Assembly: GCA_964631665.1 (NCBI GenBank)
Contig: CAZVXK010000002.1
Location: 1-52,781, forward strand
Direction: 5' to 3'
Source of the DNA: an uncultured Candidatus Cloacimonadota bacterium
Lineage (GTDB): Bacteria > Cloacimonadota > Cloacimonadia > Cloacimonadales > Cloacimonadaceae
Length of the DNA: 52,781 bases
Part shown: one piece after another, positions 19,652 through 28,701 of the stretch
Numbering within the stretch: position 1 is the stretch's first letter
Layout: each line of letters begins with the position of its first letter
Program-made: the position numbers and the translations under genes
Notes under the pieces: generated by a model
What the model was told of the DNA's origin: nothing
Database searches by the model: none
Seen by the model: the letters and a program-made list of their open reading frames with translations, nothing else

Positions 19652-21316
19652 ATGCATTATCTCAAAGTAGCTCTTCTCTATGCCAGCCTGCTTCTGGCAG
19701 CCATCGGATCATCAGCGCAAGCACCGGACTGGCTGTGGGCTCAAACCGCCGGAGGCACCAACAATGATTATGGTTGGGATTTGGCTACCGACGATAGTGG
19801 AAATTGTTATGTGACCGGGTATTTTGAGGGTGCCGCTGATTTTGGATCAGTATCTCTTATTGGTGGTGGCGGATACAACTTCTATGTGGGCAAACTCGAC
19901 ACCAGTGGCAACTGGCAGTGGGCAAAGTCTATAGATGCACTGACCAGCCAGGGAAATGGCATCGCGGTCGATCCCTCAGGAAACTGCCATGTGATGGGAT
20001 CATTTCTCTTAACAGCGATTATTGGCGACACTACTTTGGTCTCAGCAGGTGGCTCGGATGTCTTTATTGCGAAATTGGACTCCGCAGGCAACTGGCTGTG
20101 GGTAAGGCAAATCGGAGGATCGGGATCTGAATATTGCCATCAGGGAATAGCCCTGGACAGCTATGGAGACATCTATGTTACAGGTCATTTTGAGCAATCG
20201 GTGACTATCGGCTCGAGCACTTTGTCCAGCACTGGCGGAATGGATGTCTTTATTGCGAAACTGGACTCTGGGGGAAACTGGCTTTGGGCAAGGCGGGCGG
20301 GTGGCTCTGCATATGATGATATGGGATTGGGGATAGCCACCGATAGCGCTTCCAACTGCTACGTAACCGGTGTGTTTTATGGATCAGCCGATTTTGGCCC
20401 CACCACCTTAACTACAAGCGGGATTAGCGATATCTTCATTGTAAAATTGGATGGTAATGGAAACTGGCTTTGGGCAAAGCGGGCGGGGGGAATCGACACT
20501 GATGCAGGGTATAGCATAGCCACCATGGCAGATGGATCCTCTTACCTGACCGGATCGTTCAGACGCACTGCGGATTTTGGCGACCACACACTGATAAGCG
20601 TAAACCAATATCCAGATATCTGCATTGCCAGAATTGACTGTGACGGCAACTGGCTTTGGGCACGACGCGCCGGTTCCGCTGATTATGGAGACGGGGATCA
20701 TGGCCACGGTATCGTTGTAAACTCCTGTGGGGATTGCTTTGTGACCGGACGATTCCTCGGAACTGCCGATTTCGTGACCTCGATCCTCACCAGCCGTGGC
20801 AGCAGCGATGTGTTCGTAGCCGCCCTCGACGCATTCGGAAACTGGCTTTGGGCCAAACGCAGCGGCGGTCAGGGCTGGGATTCTGGTTTAGCAATCAGTA
20901 CCGATCCGCAAGGCAATGTCCTCGTTACCGGGATTTTTTTCGGAACAGCCACCTTTTCGCCTATTGGCATCACCAGTGTTGGCGGGCAAGACATTTTTAT
21001 CGCAAAACTATCATTGGCTGTGGAGAACAATGATCCGCAAGCTCCCGAACCGCCTCCCTTTTCCATCTTGTATGATCCCCACCCCAATCCTTTCCGCAAG
21101 GGGGACAGGGTCATAATTGACGCCAGGATCGCCGACGGTGAGACTGGATTCCTCACGATCTGCAATCTCCGTGGACAGATTATAGTCATTCAACAGCTTG
21201 GGCCGGGAACGCATCAGATCAGTTTCAACACCCACTGCCTGGCTTCCGGTATCTATCTGTGCAAACTCCGAACCCCGTCTGTGAATAGCGCCCGTAAGCT
21301 GATCCTGCTGAAATAA
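19652..21316 (+). CDS. Secreted seven-bladed beta-propeller (SBBP-like) protein with C-terminal sorting-type domain
   Basis: Seven repeats of GNWLWA..GG...GIAxD..GN.YVTGxF; PHPNPF...RKLILLK end; start moved to MHYLK. Confidence 0.88.
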   Translation: MHYLKVALLYASLLLAAIGSSAQAPDWLWAQTAGGTNNDYGWDLATDDSGNCYVTGYFEGAADFGSVSLIGGGGYNFYVGKLDTSGNWQWAKSIDALTSQGNGIAVDPSGNCHVMGSFLLTAIIGDTTLVSAGGSDVFIAKLDSAGNWLWVRQIGGSGSEYCHQGIALDSYGDIYVTGHFEQSVTIGSSTLSSTGGMDVFIAKLDSGGNWLWARRAGGSAYDDMGLGIATDSASNCYVTGVFYGSADFGPTTLTTSGISDIFIVKLDGNGNWLWAKRAGGIDTDAGYSIATMADGSSYLTGSFRRTADFGDHTLISVNQYPDICIARIDCDGNWLWARRAGSADYGDGDHGHGIVVNSCGDCFVTGRFLGTADFVTSILTSRGSSDVFVAALDAFGNWLWAKRSGGQGWDSGLAISTDPQGNVLVTGIFFGTATFSPIGITSVGGQDIFIAKLSLAVENNDPQAPEPPPFSILYDPHPNPFRKGDRVIIDARIADGETGFLTICNLRGQIIVIQQLGPGTHQISFNTHCLASGIYLCKLRTPSVNSARKLILLK

Positions 21317-21514
21317 CTCACTGGGTGGGGAGGGCTGCAGATGGTGAGGGCTAATCAACTGATATCAATTGAAAGCAATGACACGAAAGACGATCTGGAC
21401 TGGATGTCTGGTCATCAATGTGGTGGCAAGCGAATCTTACTCCTCCACTTCTCTCATTGGAAACACCTGTTTATTGATTACCCACTACCTTTGTAGACAG
21501 AGTCTGTTGCCTGC

Positions 21515-22288
21515 TCAGCTTGAGAGTCCGCGCGTGGCTGAGCGGACGAAATCCACGAAGATCAGCTGTTCGGGAGTGAGAGGACCCATCTCTTCGATCT
21601 TGGCCAAAGCTTGGGAGGTATTCAGTCCCTTGCGGTAGAAGAGATTGTAGACTTCTTTGATCGCCGCCACCGCCTCGCTGGAAAAGCCCTTGCGCATCAG
21701 TCCCACGCTGTTCAAACCAACGGTCTGATAGGGGTTGCCCTGCCCGCGGGTGTAGGGTGCGATATCCTTCTTAATGGCAGAAGCGCCACCCACAAAGGCA
21801 TGGGTGCCGATATGCACGAACTGGTGGACAGCCGTCATTCCGCCCAGTGTGGCATGGTCTTGGATATGGACATGCCCTGCCAATTGAACCACATTGGCGA
21901 TCACGCAGTGGGAGCCGATCTGGCAATTGTGAGCCACATGCACATATTCCATCAGCAGGTTGCCATCCCCCACCACAGTATCCTCCTCCTGTTGGTTGGA
22001 GCGGTTTATGGTGCAGAATTCGCGGATGGTGTTGCCGTTGCCGATTCTCAACCGGGTTGATTCACCCTTGAACTTGAGGTCCTGGGGATCGGTGCCGATC
22101 ACGGCAAAGGAAAAGATTTTGTTGTCATCTCCGATGCTGGTCTCTCCGGCGATCACCACATTGGACTGGATCAGGTTCCCCCGGCCCAGCTTCACCTGGG
22201 GCCCGATCCGGCACCAGGGCCCGATCTGGCAATCCTCGCCGATCACGGCTCCTTCGGCAACAATGGCGGTGGGATGGATGAAGGTCAT
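21515..22288 (-). CDS. lpxA: UDP-N-acetylglucosamine O-acyltransferase
   Basis: IHPTAIV, PQDLKF, IREFCTINR, HVAHNC, HQFVHIG. Confidence 0.96.
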   Translation of the reverse strand: MTFIHPTAIVAEGAVIGEDCQIGPWCRIGPQVKLGRGNLIQSNVVIAGETSIGDDNKIFSFAVIGTDPQDLKFKGESTRLRIGNGNTIREFCTINRSNQQEEDTVVGDGNLLMEYVHVAHNCQIGSHCVIANVVQLAGHVHIQDHATLGGMTAVHQFVHIGTHAFVGGASAIKKDIAPYTRGQGNPYQTVGLNSVGLMRKGFSSEAVAAIKEVYNLFYRKGLNTSQALAKIEEMGPLTPEQLIFVDFVRSATRGLSS

Positions 22289-23682
22289 TTGTTCTTCTCC
22301 TGGATCATTGCCATGAAATCGCCTTCCGCCACCTTGTCGTTGCCCACATAGGCTTCACCGTGCATCTTGGAAAGCGACCGCTTCAGCGAGATCACCTTCA
22401 TCTCATAGCGCAGCGTATCGCCGGGCAGCACCGGTTTGCGGAACTTCACGTTATCGATGGAGGCGAAATAGGCCACATAGTTTTGGGGATTCTCCAGTTG
22501 GTTGAGCAGGATGATCCCCCCGGCCTGAGCCATGCCCTCCACGATCAGGACACCCGGCATGATCGGATGTCCGGGAAAATGCCCCTGGAAAAAGGGTTCG
22601 TTGATGGTAACATTCTTGATCCCGGTGATGGACTCGTTGGGCACGAAATCTATGATCTTGTCCACCAGCAGGAAGGGATAACGGTGGGGCAGGATGTTCA
22701 TGATGGCGTTGATGTCGAACACCACATCCTTGGTCTTTTTCTTCTGGTATTGCAGTTGCAGTTCCTGCTTGAGCTGTATCTGGCGCAGCTTTTTCACCAG
22801 CTCCACATTGGTCTTGTGCCCGCTGCGGGCTGCCAGGATATGGCCACGGATGGGCATGCCCAAGAGCGCGATATCCCCCAGCAGGTCAACCACCTTGTGG
22901 CGCACGAATTCGTTGTGGTAGCGAAGCGGGTGGTTGTTCAGGATGCCTTCCGGCGAGACCGTAACCGGTTCATGATAGCCAAACACATCCTGCAGGTGTT
23001 TCAGTTCCGCCTCACTCATATTGGGTTCGGCGATCACCAGGGCATTCTCCAGCGAACCGCCCTTGATCAGCCCCATCTCCTTGAGCTGCAGAATCTCATT
23101 GATAAAGCAGAAGGTGCGCGCTCCGGCGAATTCCTTCTCGAAATACCGGATATTGGGCAGCCAGGTGTATTGCGTGCCCAGATAGGGGTGCTTGTAATCG
23201 ATCATGAAGGTTACCTTCAGCTCGTTGGAAGGCACGATCACGATGTCCACATTCTCTTCGGGGGCGGAAAAACTGATCGGATTGTTAAATTCGAAGAAGA
23301 CCCGTTCGGAATCCTGCTGCTGGATGCCGGCCTGGCGCAGCAGATTGAGAAAAACGATGGGCGAGCCATCCGCCACCGGCGCTTCGGGACCATCGATCTC
23401 GATGCGGATGTTGTCGATATTCAGTCCCTTGATGGCGGAGAGCACATGCTCGATGGTACCCACCTGGGCATCCTTGATGCCGATCGTGGTGCCGCGGGAG
23501 ATATCCACCACATGATCGATATCGGCAGGGATCTCCGGTTTGTCCGGCAGGTCGGTGCGGATGAAAACGATGCCTTCGTCCTTGCCGGCCGGTTTGAAGC
23601 GGATGGAGGTGATCTCGCCGGAATGGAGACCGATGCCAGTGTAGGACACTTCGGAGCAGATGGTGTGCTTGTATTCGACCAT
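22285..23682 (-). CDS. lpxC/fabZ: Bifunctional LpxC/FabZ
   Basis: GIGLHSG, TIEHVLSA, RHKVVDLLGD (LpxC); LPHRYPFLLVD, FQGHFPGHPIMPGVL (FabZ). Confidence 0.96.
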   Translation of the reverse strand: MVEYKHTICSEVSYTGIGLHSGEITSIRFKPAGKDEGIVFIRTDLPDKPEIPADIDHVVDISRGTTIGIKDAQVGTIEHVLSAIKGLNIDNIRIEIDGPEAPVADGSPIVFLNLLRQAGIQQQDSERVFFEFNNPISFSAPEENVDIVIVPSNELKVTFMIDYKHPYLGTQYTWLPNIRYFEKEFAGARTFCFINEILQLKEMGLIKGGSLENALVIAEPNMSEAELKHLQDVFGYHEPVTVSPEGILNNHPLRYHNEFVRHKVVDLLGDIALLGMPIRGHILAARSGHKTNVELVKKLRQIQLKQELQLQYQKKKTKDVVFDINAIMNILPHRYPFLLVDKIIDFVPNESITGIKNVTINEPFFQGHFPGHPIMPGVLIVEGMAQAGGIILLNQLENPQNYVAYFASIDNVKFRKPVLPGDTLRYEMKVISLKRSLSKMHGEAYVGNDKVAEGDFMAMIQEKNK

Positions 23683-23683
23683 G

Positions 23684-24721
23684 TTATTCCCCCTTATGAT
23701 TGCGCTGTTTCAGGTAAAAGCGGTAGAGTTCGGGCAGTTTCTTCTGGCTGGCCATGATGCGTTTCATCAGACCCGCTTCCTCGGCGGGGGAGCCAAAATA
23801 GCGCCCGTCGGCGGGAATATCGTGCGTAACGCCGGCCTGGGCTCCCACCATGGCCCGGTCGCCAATGCTGAGATGTCCCGCCACGCCCACCTGCCCCGCC
23901 AGATACACATAATCGCCCACAATGGTGCTCCCCGCCAAACCCACCTGGGCGCAGAGGATGCAATGCCTGCCCACCTGGCAGTTATGACCAATCTGGACCA
24001 GGTTGTCGATCTTGGTGCCCTCCCCGATCTTGGTGGAGCCCAGGGTGGCACGGTCGATGGTGGTGTTGGCGCCGATCTCCACATGATCCCCGATCACCAC
24101 ATTCCCGATCTGGGGTATCTTCTGTTGGATCCCCTCCAGCAACAGGAAACCGAATCCATCCGCCCCGACCACACAACCGGAATGGATGATCGCCTCTTTG
24201 CCGATGATGGTATCCGCATAGACCGATACATTGGGATAAAGATGGGTGTTCGCTCCGATGGAAACATTGTCCCCGATCTGGCAATTGGCTTCGATGATTG
24301 CGTTGTCCGCGATCACACAGTTTTTCCCGATGCTCACCCCGGCGGCGATGGCCACCCCCTCACCCAGCCTGGTGGCTTTCCCCACCTGGGCCAGGGGATG
24401 GATACCCGCCTGGGGTCTGGGTTCGCTGAAATGCAGCCACCAGCTCACCAACCTCATCAAGGCAAAATAGGGCTTGTCCGTGATCAGCAGATTCCGCCCG
24501 GGCAACCTGTCCGAGCAGGCGGGAGAGCAGATGATCAGGCCGGCGGCGGAAGCCTGAACCGCTTCGAAATATTTCTCCTGTTCGCAGAAGATGATGGTGT
24601 CCGGCCCGGCTTCCCGGGGTTCGGAAACGCTGCTGAGGGAAAGCTTGGCCTCGCCAACAAACTCTCCTCCGATCACTGCTCTGATCTGATCGACGCCCAG
24701 GCTGGTGGCAAATCTCTTCAT
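23684..24721 (-). CDS. lpxD: UDP-3-O-acylglucosamine N-acyltransferase
   Basis: GADGFGF, KIPQIG, EIGANTTIDRA, KIDNLVQIGHN. Confidence 0.96.
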   Translation of the reverse strand: MKRFATSLGVDQIRAVIGGEFVGEAKLSLSSVSEPREAGPDTIIFCEQEKYFEAVQASAAGLIICSPACSDRLPGRNLLITDKPYFALMRLVSWWLHFSEPRPQAGIHPLAQVGKATRLGEGVAIAAGVSIGKNCVIADNAIIEANCQIGDNVSIGANTHLYPNVSVYADTIIGKEAIIHSGCVVGADGFGFLLLEGIQQKIPQIGNVVIGDHVEIGANTTIDRATLGSTKIGEGTKIDNLVQIGHNCQVGRHCILCAQVGLAGSTIVGDYVYLAGQVGVAGHLSIGDRAMVGAQAGVTHDIPADGRYFGSPAEEAGLMKRIMASQKKLPELYRFYLKQRNHKGE

Positions 24722-25347
24722 GGCTTGATATCAGGCTTGAAGGGGTCTTCCCAGTCCCCTGGTCTGGGGGTTTCGTTGGGTGGCGGCTTGATCTCTTCGG
24801 TGGGCGGGAGGGTAGTTTCCATCGGCTTGATGGTGTCCTTGTTCAGCTCCAGTAGTATCTGATCGGTCAGGTCAAGGGCGGGCAGGGCATAGAGGATCGT
24901 GCCCATGCTCACATCGAAGATCATGGTATATTTTTCGTCTTCCGCCGTCTTGGTGATGATATTGTGGATCTTCAAAGTGAGCGGATCGATCAGTTCCCGA
25001 TAGCGCTGTTCAGCCGCTCCCCCTTCGCCGAAATAATCTTCCAGCAGGCGCCCGGCCTCCGCTTTCTTGGTGTCGATCCGGCTCTGCGCCTCGCGTTTAT
25101 AGGCCTCGGTCTTGGTGAGCTTATCTATCTCATAATCGCGTTCCATTTGCTTGATCTCTTCATCCAGTTGGCGGATCTGGTTTGTCCAGTTTTGCTTGTC
25201 CAGATTGAACAGGCGCGAGATCTCCGCCGCTTCGTTGCTTTCCAACAGCAGGCGGTCGGTATTCACATAGCCCAGCTTCACGGCTTGGCCATAGCCCAGG
25301 CTGAACAGCGCCAGCATGAGCAACACTGAGAGTAGTGTCTTTTTCAT
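24718..25347 (-). CDS. skp: OmpH/Skp periplasmic chaperone with Pro-rich C-terminal tail
   Basis: KLGYVNTDRLL, coiled coil, YTMIFD, DLTDQIL; lies upstream of lpxD. Confidence 0.88.
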   Translation of the reverse strand: MKKTLLSVLLMLALFSLGYGQAVKLGYVNTDRLLLESNEAAEISRLFNLDKQNWTNQIRQLDEEIKQMERDYEIDKLTKTEAYKREAQSRIDTKKAEAGRLLEDYFGEGGAAEQRYRELIDPLTLKIHNIITKTAEDEKYTMIFDVSMGTILYALPALDLTDQILLELNKDTIKPMETTLPPTEEIKPPPNETPRPGDWEDPFKPDIKP

Positions 25348-25389
25348 TGTATCTCCTGATAAATAGGGATGGCTTGTGTGGAATTCGGC

Positions 25390-26844
25390 TCAGTCATCGA
25401 GCCCAAATTTGGGATCGAGCACCTTTACGGCACGCACATCGTCCACCCGGCGCACCGGCGTGGTGAGCGGCGCCTCATGTAATAATACCGGATTGTCCCG
25501 GCATTCCTGCGCGATCTCCAGCATGGCGGCGGCAAAATCGTCCAGCGATTGCTTGCTCTCCGTTTCGGTCGGTTCGATCATCAGAGCTTCCGGAACGATC
25601 AGCGGGAAATAGATGGTGGGGGCGTGAAATCCCTTGTCCAACAGCCGTTTGGCGATGTCCAGGGTGTTCACCCCCTGTTCCTTCTTCTGCCAGCTGGAAT
25701 CAGCCACGAATTCATGCATGCAATATTCGTCATATTGGATGTGGTAATGCTCCTTCAGCAAGGCCATCAGGTAGTTGGCATTGAGGATGGCGTTCTGCGA
25801 AACCTTCCGCAGGCCCTCCGCCCCCAGGCTCCTGATATAGAAATAGGCCCGTAAGAGCACGGCGACATTGCCATAGAAGGTGTGCACTTTCCCGATGGAG
25901 GTGGCTTCATGCGAGTAATCGAAATGGTAGCCGTCATCGTTCCTGGCGATCATAGGCACCGGCAGATAGGGGGTCAGTTTGGACACCACGCCCACAGGGC
26001 CGCCGCCGGGTCCGCCCCCGCCATGGGGGGTGGTGAAGGTTTTATGGAGGTTGAAATGCATCACATCGAAGCCGATCTTTCCGGGTTGGACGATGCCCAT
26101 CAGCGCGTTCAGATTTGCCCCGTCCATATAGATCAGGCCGTCCACGCCATGGATGATGGCGGCGATCTCCTCGATCTGGCTTTCGAACAGCCCCAGGGTG
26201 TTGGGATTGGTGAGCATGAAGCCGGCGGTGTTCTCATCCACGATGCTTCTCAGGTGGTCGAGGTCGCATCTGCCGCTGGCATTGGATTTCAGCTCCACCA
26301 TCTGGTAGCCCACCAGGGTGCAGGTGGCGGGGTTGGTGCCGTGGGCGGAATCGGGGATAATGATCTTGGTTTTGTGGTGGTTTCCCCTGGCCTTGTGGTA
26401 GGCGGCGATGATCTTGATGCCGGTGAATTCGCCCTGGGCGCCGGCAACCGGTTGCAGCGTAACCTGGTCCATGCCGGAGATCTCCGCCAGCATTCCCTGC
26501 AGCTCATAAAGGATCGCCAGTATGCCCTGCAGCGTGGATTCCGGCTGCAGCGGATGGAGGTTGTTGAAACAACTGTGGCGAACCAAGGCTTCGTGCAGCT
26601 TGGGATTGTATTTCATGGTGCAACTGCCCAGCGGATAGAGCCCCTTTTCGATGAAATGGTTCTTGTGCGAAAGCCCGATATAGTGGCGCATCACGTCCAG
26701 TTCGCTCACTTCGGGCAGGCGGGCTTTGTTCTGTCTCAGATGTTCGGCGGGGATCAGTTCCTCCAGCCGGGAGTCCAGTTCCCGGGCGGGCAAAGAGCAG
26801 CCGGTTCTGCCGGGGGTGGAATATTCAAAGATGGTCTTAGCCAT
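25390..26844 (-). CDS. gcvPB: Glycine dehydrogenase (decarboxylating) subunit 2
   Basis: YPLGSCTMKYNP, SAHGTNPA, HFNLHKTFTTPHGGGGPG. Confidence 0.96.
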   Translation of the reverse strand: MAKTIFEYSTPGRTGCSLPARELDSRLEELIPAEHLRQNKARLPEVSELDVMRHYIGLSHKNHFIEKGLYPLGSCTMKYNPKLHEALVRHSCFNNLHPLQPESTLQGILAILYELQGMLAEISGMDQVTLQPVAGAQGEFTGIKIIAAYHKARGNHHKTKIIIPDSAHGTNPATCTLVGYQMVELKSNASGRCDLDHLRSIVDENTAGFMLTNPNTLGLFESQIEEIAAIIHGVDGLIYMDGANLNALMGIVQPGKIGFDVMHFNLHKTFTTPHGGGGPGGGPVGVVSKLTPYLPVPMIARNDDGYHFDYSHEATSIGKVHTFYGNVAVLLRAYFYIRSLGAEGLRKVSQNAILNANYLMALLKEHYHIQYDEYCMHEFVADSSWQKKEQGVNTLDIAKRLLDKGFHAPTIYFPLIVPEALMIEPTETESKQSLDDFAAAMLEIAQECRDNPVLLHEAPLTTPVRRVDDVRAVKVLDPKFGLDD

Positions 26845-28183
26845 GGCAAACCTCCTTCATGGCGGTGAGGAAGGCCTCCAGATCGGCCCTGCTCTTCTTC
26901 TCCGTGACTGCGATCAGCAACTGGTTCTGGTGGCCATAACGGGCCAGATCCACTCCGGGATAGATGCCCCGGGGTAGCATGGCGTCAATGATCTGTTCCG
27001 GTGGAAGGGGTGTGGAGAGAGAGAATTCCTTGAAGAAGGGGGTGTCCGGATAACTTAGTGAGAAACCCGGAAGCTTGGCCAGTTCAGCTGCCAGGAAATG
27101 CGCCTTCTGGGCCGATTGCGTGGCGACCTCGATCAAACCCTCGCACCCCAGCAGGCTCAGATAGACCACCGCGGCCAGGGTGCAGAGCGACTGGTTGGAA
27201 CAGATATTGGAGGTGGCCTTGTCCCGGCGGATATGTTGCTCGCGGGCTTGCAGGGTGAGGGCATAGGCGCGCCGGCCTTCCTTGTCCAGGGTACCTCCCA
27301 CGATGCGCCCCGGCATTGCCCTTGCCATCTCCAGTTTGGTGGCAAAAAAGCCAAATAGCGGGCCTCCCAGATACATGCTGTTGCCCAGCGCCTGCCCCTC
27401 CCCCACAACGATATCGGCATGGTAGTCCGAGGGCGGGGTGAGCACGGCCAGCGAAATGGGGTCCACCGCTGCGATCAGGAGCGCCTTGGGCTGACTGTGC
27501 GCCGCTTGTTCCAACTCCTGCACGGGCTCGATGTTGCCAAAGAAATTGGGGGTCTGGATCACCACGCTGCCGATGCTGTCGTCCATCATTGCCATCAATT
27601 GCTCCGGATCGGTAACGCCATTTCGGGCCGGGCAGGTGAGCAGTTCGATCCCGCTGCCCTCGGTGTAGGCTTTGATCACCTTCACATATTCGGGATGCAG
27701 CGTGGCGGGGAGGATGGCGCGGGGCAGTCGGTTCCTGCGCACCGCCATCAGGATCGCCTCGGCGATGGCGGAGGCGCAGTCATACATGCTGGCGTTGGCG
27801 ATCTCCATGCCGGTCAGCTCACAGATCATGGTCTGGTATTCATAGATGTATTGCAGCGTGCCCTGGCTCACCTCGGCCTGGTAGGGCGTGTAGGCGGTGA
27901 AAAATTCCGGGCGGGAAACCAATGTGTCCACCGCCGCCGGAATGAAATGGTCATAGACACCGGCGCCCAGGAAGGAATTCATACTCTGGGTGCACACATT
28001 GCCGCAGGTGCGTTCCCGGATCAGGCGTGTGAGTTCCAGCTCAGACAACGGCCGGGGCAGGTTCAAGTCTTGTTTCAACCGCAGTTTTTCCGGTATGGCT
28101 GCGATCAGCTCCTCAAAGGAGTTCACCCCGATGCGGGCGAGCATTTCCCGCCGCTGGGCATCGGTATTTGGAATATAAGGCAT
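26837..28183 (-). CDS. gcvPA: Glycine dehydrogenase (decarboxylating) subunit 1
   Basis: MPYIPNT, FLGAG, TAYTPYQAEVSQG, REQHIRRDKATSNIC; start placed 5 nt after AGGAG. Confidence 0.95.
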   Translation of the reverse strand: MPYIPNTDAQRREMLARIGVNSFEELIAAIPEKLRLKQDLNLPRPLSELELTRLIRERTCGNVCTQSMNSFLGAGVYDHFIPAAVDTLVSRPEFFTAYTPYQAEVSQGTLQYIYEYQTMICELTGMEIANASMYDCASAIAEAILMAVRRNRLPRAILPATLHPEYVKVIKAYTEGSGIELLTCPARNGVTDPEQLMAMMDDSIGSVVIQTPNFFGNIEPVQELEQAAHSQPKALLIAAVDPISLAVLTPPSDYHADIVVGEGQALGNSMYLGGPLFGFFATKLEMARAMPGRIVGGTLDKEGRRAYALTLQAREQHIRRDKATSNICSNQSLCTLAAVVYLSLLGCEGLIEVATQSAQKAHFLAAELAKLPGFSLSYPDTPFFKEFSLSTPLPPEQIIDAMLPRGIYPGVDLARYGHQNQLLIAVTEKKSRADLEAFLTAMKEVCHG

Positions 28184-28325
28184 CATTGCTCCTATAGCTT
28201 CTTGCGTATAAAAATATGATTTTTTTACCATTTTCTCAGACTGCCTGTTTGTGTCAATGCTAAATTTCCGGCTGATTTCATCAGAATTCGGGAGTAGCGC
28301 AGGCACACACAGACAGACTTCCGGC

Positions 28326-28424
28326 CCATCTCTCCCATTAGCAATACGGAATCATTACGGAGTCATTACGGATTAAATCCGTAATGACTCCGTAATGATT
28401 CCGTATTGCTAATGGGAGAGATGG
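28326..28424. repeat. Long palindromic intergenic element, copy 2 (perfect 99-bp palindrome)
   Basis: Arm 28326-28374 is the exact reverse complement of 28376-28424, with a single central A. Confidence 0.97.
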
Positions 28425-28646
28425 CAGGAAAAAAAGCAACTGGTATTTAAAACCGATCAAGACTGATCAGGTCTCCTGACCGGATGGCACTGGCAGTATT
28501 GTCCAGCATATATCTCCTTTCTCTTTCCCTATCATCTCTTATGAAAAAAAACTCCGTTCCTCCGCCCCTCTGTTTTAATAAACCGAAGTACTCGCCACCC
28601 CGACAGACGAGACGCCTGCGATTCTCTCCCCCAGCCGGCTCCATGC

Positions 28647-28688
28647 TCTTACATCTTTTCTCTTTTATCTTTTATCTTTTCTCTCCTA
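28647..28688. repeat. Six degenerate 7-bp tandem units downstream of rnfB
   Basis: TCTTACA TCTTTTC TCTTTTA TCTTTTA TCTTTTC TCTCCTA. Confidence 0.75.
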
Positions 28689-28701
28689 CGCAGAGCCTAC
28701 C

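Noticed and set aside
21317-21514. Small RNA or small ORF between the propeller gene and lpxA
   Set aside because: No convincing hairpin, RBS or recognisable motif by eye.
22285-23682. LpxC-FabZ fusion as a novelty
   Set aside because: Well-known fusion in Bacteroidota/Chlorobiota-related lineages; useful only as a taxonomic hint.
28338-28412. CIRCE operator (palindrome ends TTAGCA...TGCTAA)
   Set aside because: CIRCE is TTAGCACTC-N9-GAGTGCTAA; only 6 bp match, the spacing is wrong, and no chaperone genes are adjacent.
28184-28701. Glycine riboswitch upstream of gcvPA
   Set aside because: No recognisable aptamer motifs. The structure present is the repeated palindrome, and a TTGACA promoter candidate (28257-28252) lies between it and the gene.
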